Shown here: piece by piece, positions 62,414 to 64,000 of the stretch
How positions within the stretch are numbered: the first letter of the stretch is position 1
How the letters are laid out: each line of letters opens with the position of its first letter
Assembly (NCBI GenBank): GCA_964448075.1
Contig: CAYUUR010000003.1
Span: 5,610-69,609 of the forward strand
Direction: 5' to 3'
DNA length: 64,000 bases
Source of the DNA: an uncultured Candidatus Saccharibacteria bacterium
GTDB taxonomy: Bacteria > Patescibacteriota > Saccharimonadia > Saccharimonadales > CAYUUR01
Notes under the pieces: model-generated
Database searches by the model: none
Told to the model about the DNA's origin: nothing
What the model saw: the letters and a program-made list of their open reading frames with translations, nothing else
Position numbers and translations under genes: made by a program

Positions 62414-62776
62414 ATGATCCAAAAACTCGAAATCACCGGTGTGCATGCTGAACTTGGCGATGATATCAAGAAGTATACCCGCAAGAAAATCGGCAAACTC
62501 GACAAATATATGACGCGTAATGTCGCCAAGTCTGCGCATGCAGACGTCAAACTCAAAGAAGCAATGCGCAAAACGCGCAAAGAATGCACCGCCGAGGTCG
62601 TGCTCTATTTGCCAAAAGAAACCATCACAACTAAAGAAACAACAATCAATATGTTTGCCGCAGTCGATATCGTTGAGGCCAAACTCAAAAACCAGCTCAA
62701 AAAGTACAAAGAAAAGCACGGCAATCCGCGCCAGATCAGGCACTTGCTTGGTCGGCTCGGCAAAAAACGATCATAA
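62414..62776 (+). CDS. hpf: Ribosome hibernation factor (short HPF/RaiA family)
   Basis: AAGGAGG SD. ~120 aa with IQKLEITGVHAELGDDIKKY...; typical YfiA/HPF pattern. Confidence 0.8.
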   Translation: MIQKLEITGVHAELGDDIKKYTRKKIGKLDKYMTRNVAKSAHADVKLKEAMRKTRKECTAEVVLYLPKETITTKETTINMFAAVDIVEAKLKNQLKKYKEKHGNPRQIRHLLGRLGKKRS

Positions 62777-62884
62777 TTCTGTAGTAATTTTATAGTGCTG
62801 CACCTGAATTTTTACTCAGAATGCGGTACACTATGGTCTGATACCGAACTTGAATACAGCTTTAGCAAAACAGAGGGGAACTAG

Positions 62885-64000
62885 GTGAAGAAGATTCTGA
62901 AAAGGGTGCTGGGCGATCCGCAGGCCAAAACAATCAAGCGAATGCGCAAGCGCGTCCGAGACATCAATAACTTGGCGCCAAAGTATGAAAAAATGAACGC
63001 AAAGGATCTGCGCGCTCAGACCGATAAGCTACAAGTCAGACTCAAAAAAGAATCACTCGATAAGCTACTACCAGAAGCTTTTGCATTAGTACGCGAGGCA
63101 GCCACACGAACAATAAAGCAGCGGCACTTTGATGTGCAGCTCATTGGTGGCATGGTCCTGCACGAAGGCAAAGTAGCAGAGATGAAAACAGGTGAAGGTA
63201 AGACGCTGATGTCAACTTTGCCGGTATACCTCAACGCACTGACCAAAAAGGGCGTGCATGTTGTCACTGTCAACGATTACCTTGCACAGCGCGATGCCGG
63301 CTGGATGGGTGAAATCTTTGATTACTTAGGCATGACCACAGGCGTCATTATCGCGGACGAATCATATATATACGACAAAAAATTCAAGAACGAAAAGCAC
63401 GATGACCCGCGGATGCAAAAGCTCAAGCCGTGTACTCGCCAAGAAGCGTATGCAGCAGATATTACCTACGGAACCAACAACGAATTTGGCTTTGATTACT
63501 TGCGTGACAACATGGTTAAAGAAACTGACCAGCTCCGCCAGCGTGATCTGCACTACACCATTGTTGACGAAGTCGACTCAATCCTAATTGACGAAGCCCG
63601 TACGCCGCTAATTATCTCTGCACCGTCAGTCACCAGTGGTAGCTCATATCGCCAGTTCTCAAAAGTGGCTCGTAATTTACGCAAAGACGATCACTACGAC
63701 GTTGACGAAAAGCAAAAGGCTGTTGTACTGACCGATGAAGGTGTTGAAGAAGTCGAACGGATCCTCGGTATAGAAAACCTCTACGGCACAGACAACATTC
63801 GTACCATCTATCACCTCGAGCAAGCATTACGCGCTCAGGCACTCTTCCTACGTGACAAAGATTACGTGGTGACCAACGATGGCGAGATTGTAATCGTCGA
63901 CGAGTTCACTGGTCGCTTGCTGAAAGGGCGCCGCTATAGCGAAGGCTTGCACCAAGCGATAGAAGCCAAGGAGAACGTTGAAGTCCAGGAAGAATCAATG
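62885..64000 (+). CDS. secA: Preprotein translocase ATPase SecA (3' end runs off the window)
   Basis: GTG 62885 follows GAGGGG. I translated this frame by hand: VKKILKRVLGDPQAKTIKRM...HFDVQLIGGMVLHEGKVAEMKTGEGKTL...TVNDYLAQRDA. It stays open to position 64000. It is absent from the ORF track because it has no stop in the window. Confidence 0.9.
   Translation, partial: MKKILKRVLGDPQAKTIKRMRKRVRDINNLAPKYEKMNAKDLRAQTDKLQVRLKKESLDKLLPEAFALVREAATRTIKQRHFDVQLIGGMVLHEGKVAEMKTGEGKTLMSTLPVYLNALTKKGVHVVTVNDYLAQRDAGWMGEIFDYLGMTTGVIIADESYIYDKKFKNEKHDDPRMQKLKPCTRQEAYAADITYGTNNEFGFDYLRDNMVKETDQLRQRDLHYTIVDEVDSILIDEARTPLIISAPSVTSGSSYRQFSKVARNLRKDDHYDVDEKQKAVVLTDEGVEEVERILGIENLYGTDNIRTIYHLEQALRAQALFLRDKDYVVTNDGEIVIVDEFTGRLLKGRRYSEGLHQAIEAKENVEVQEESM

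Noticed and set aside
1-64000. Alternative genetic code (UGA recoded, as in some CPR lineages)
   Set aside because: Conserved genes terminate cleanly at TGA (for example parA at 33610-33612 and the 71-aa ORF at 43783-43785). No conserved gene is interrupted by in-frame TGA, so the standard code 11 fits.

Overview
This is a gene-dense window with short or overlapping gene junctions. It reads like a core housekeeping stretch of a reduced-genome bacterium, most likely Patescibacteria/CPR and Saccharibacteria-like. That assignment is an inference from gene content: a minimal set of translation, division and secretion genes, class II RNR plus NrdR, no biosynthetic operons, and the standard genetic code with TGA used as stop.

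About 60 protein genes are supported:
- Translation and related: rpsA, infB, fmt, def, rpsU, adk, map, ileS, rplU, prmC, prfA, rpmE, rpsB, tsf, frr, proS, greA, lysS, serS, hpf.
- Replication, division and partitioning: priA, ftsA, ftsZ, nrdR, nrdJ, parA, parB.
- Envelope and secretion: lepB, an LCP protein, htrA, uppS, rseP, secA.

No rRNA, tRNA, CRISPR array, transposase or integrase was seen.

The parts that housekeeping does not explain:
1. A 2094-aa membrane-anchored, tail-fibre-like giant protein (26504-32788). It carries nine dispersed copies of a conserved 'ASQTANLQEWQ-SSGT-L' motif, with a membrane protein encoded just upstream.
2. A heliorhodopsin gene (53371-54192), sitting next to msrA and a three-part extracytoplasmic glycosylation module.
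3. A ~570-nt noncoding region packed with perfect hairpins between convergent htrA and prmC. I could not assign it to RNase P, SRP RNA or tmRNA.
4. A ~200-nt promoter-proximal leader before ileS with T-box-like elements.
5. A uORF plus intrinsic terminator abutting the start codon of a proB-like/proS pair.
6. A run of three low-complexity, membrane-anchored hypothetical proteins, one of them with an internal ~105-aa tandem duplication.
7. Several promoters placed 6-10 nt from start codons, implying leaderless mRNAs.

All functional calls rest on motifs read by eye; no database search was run.
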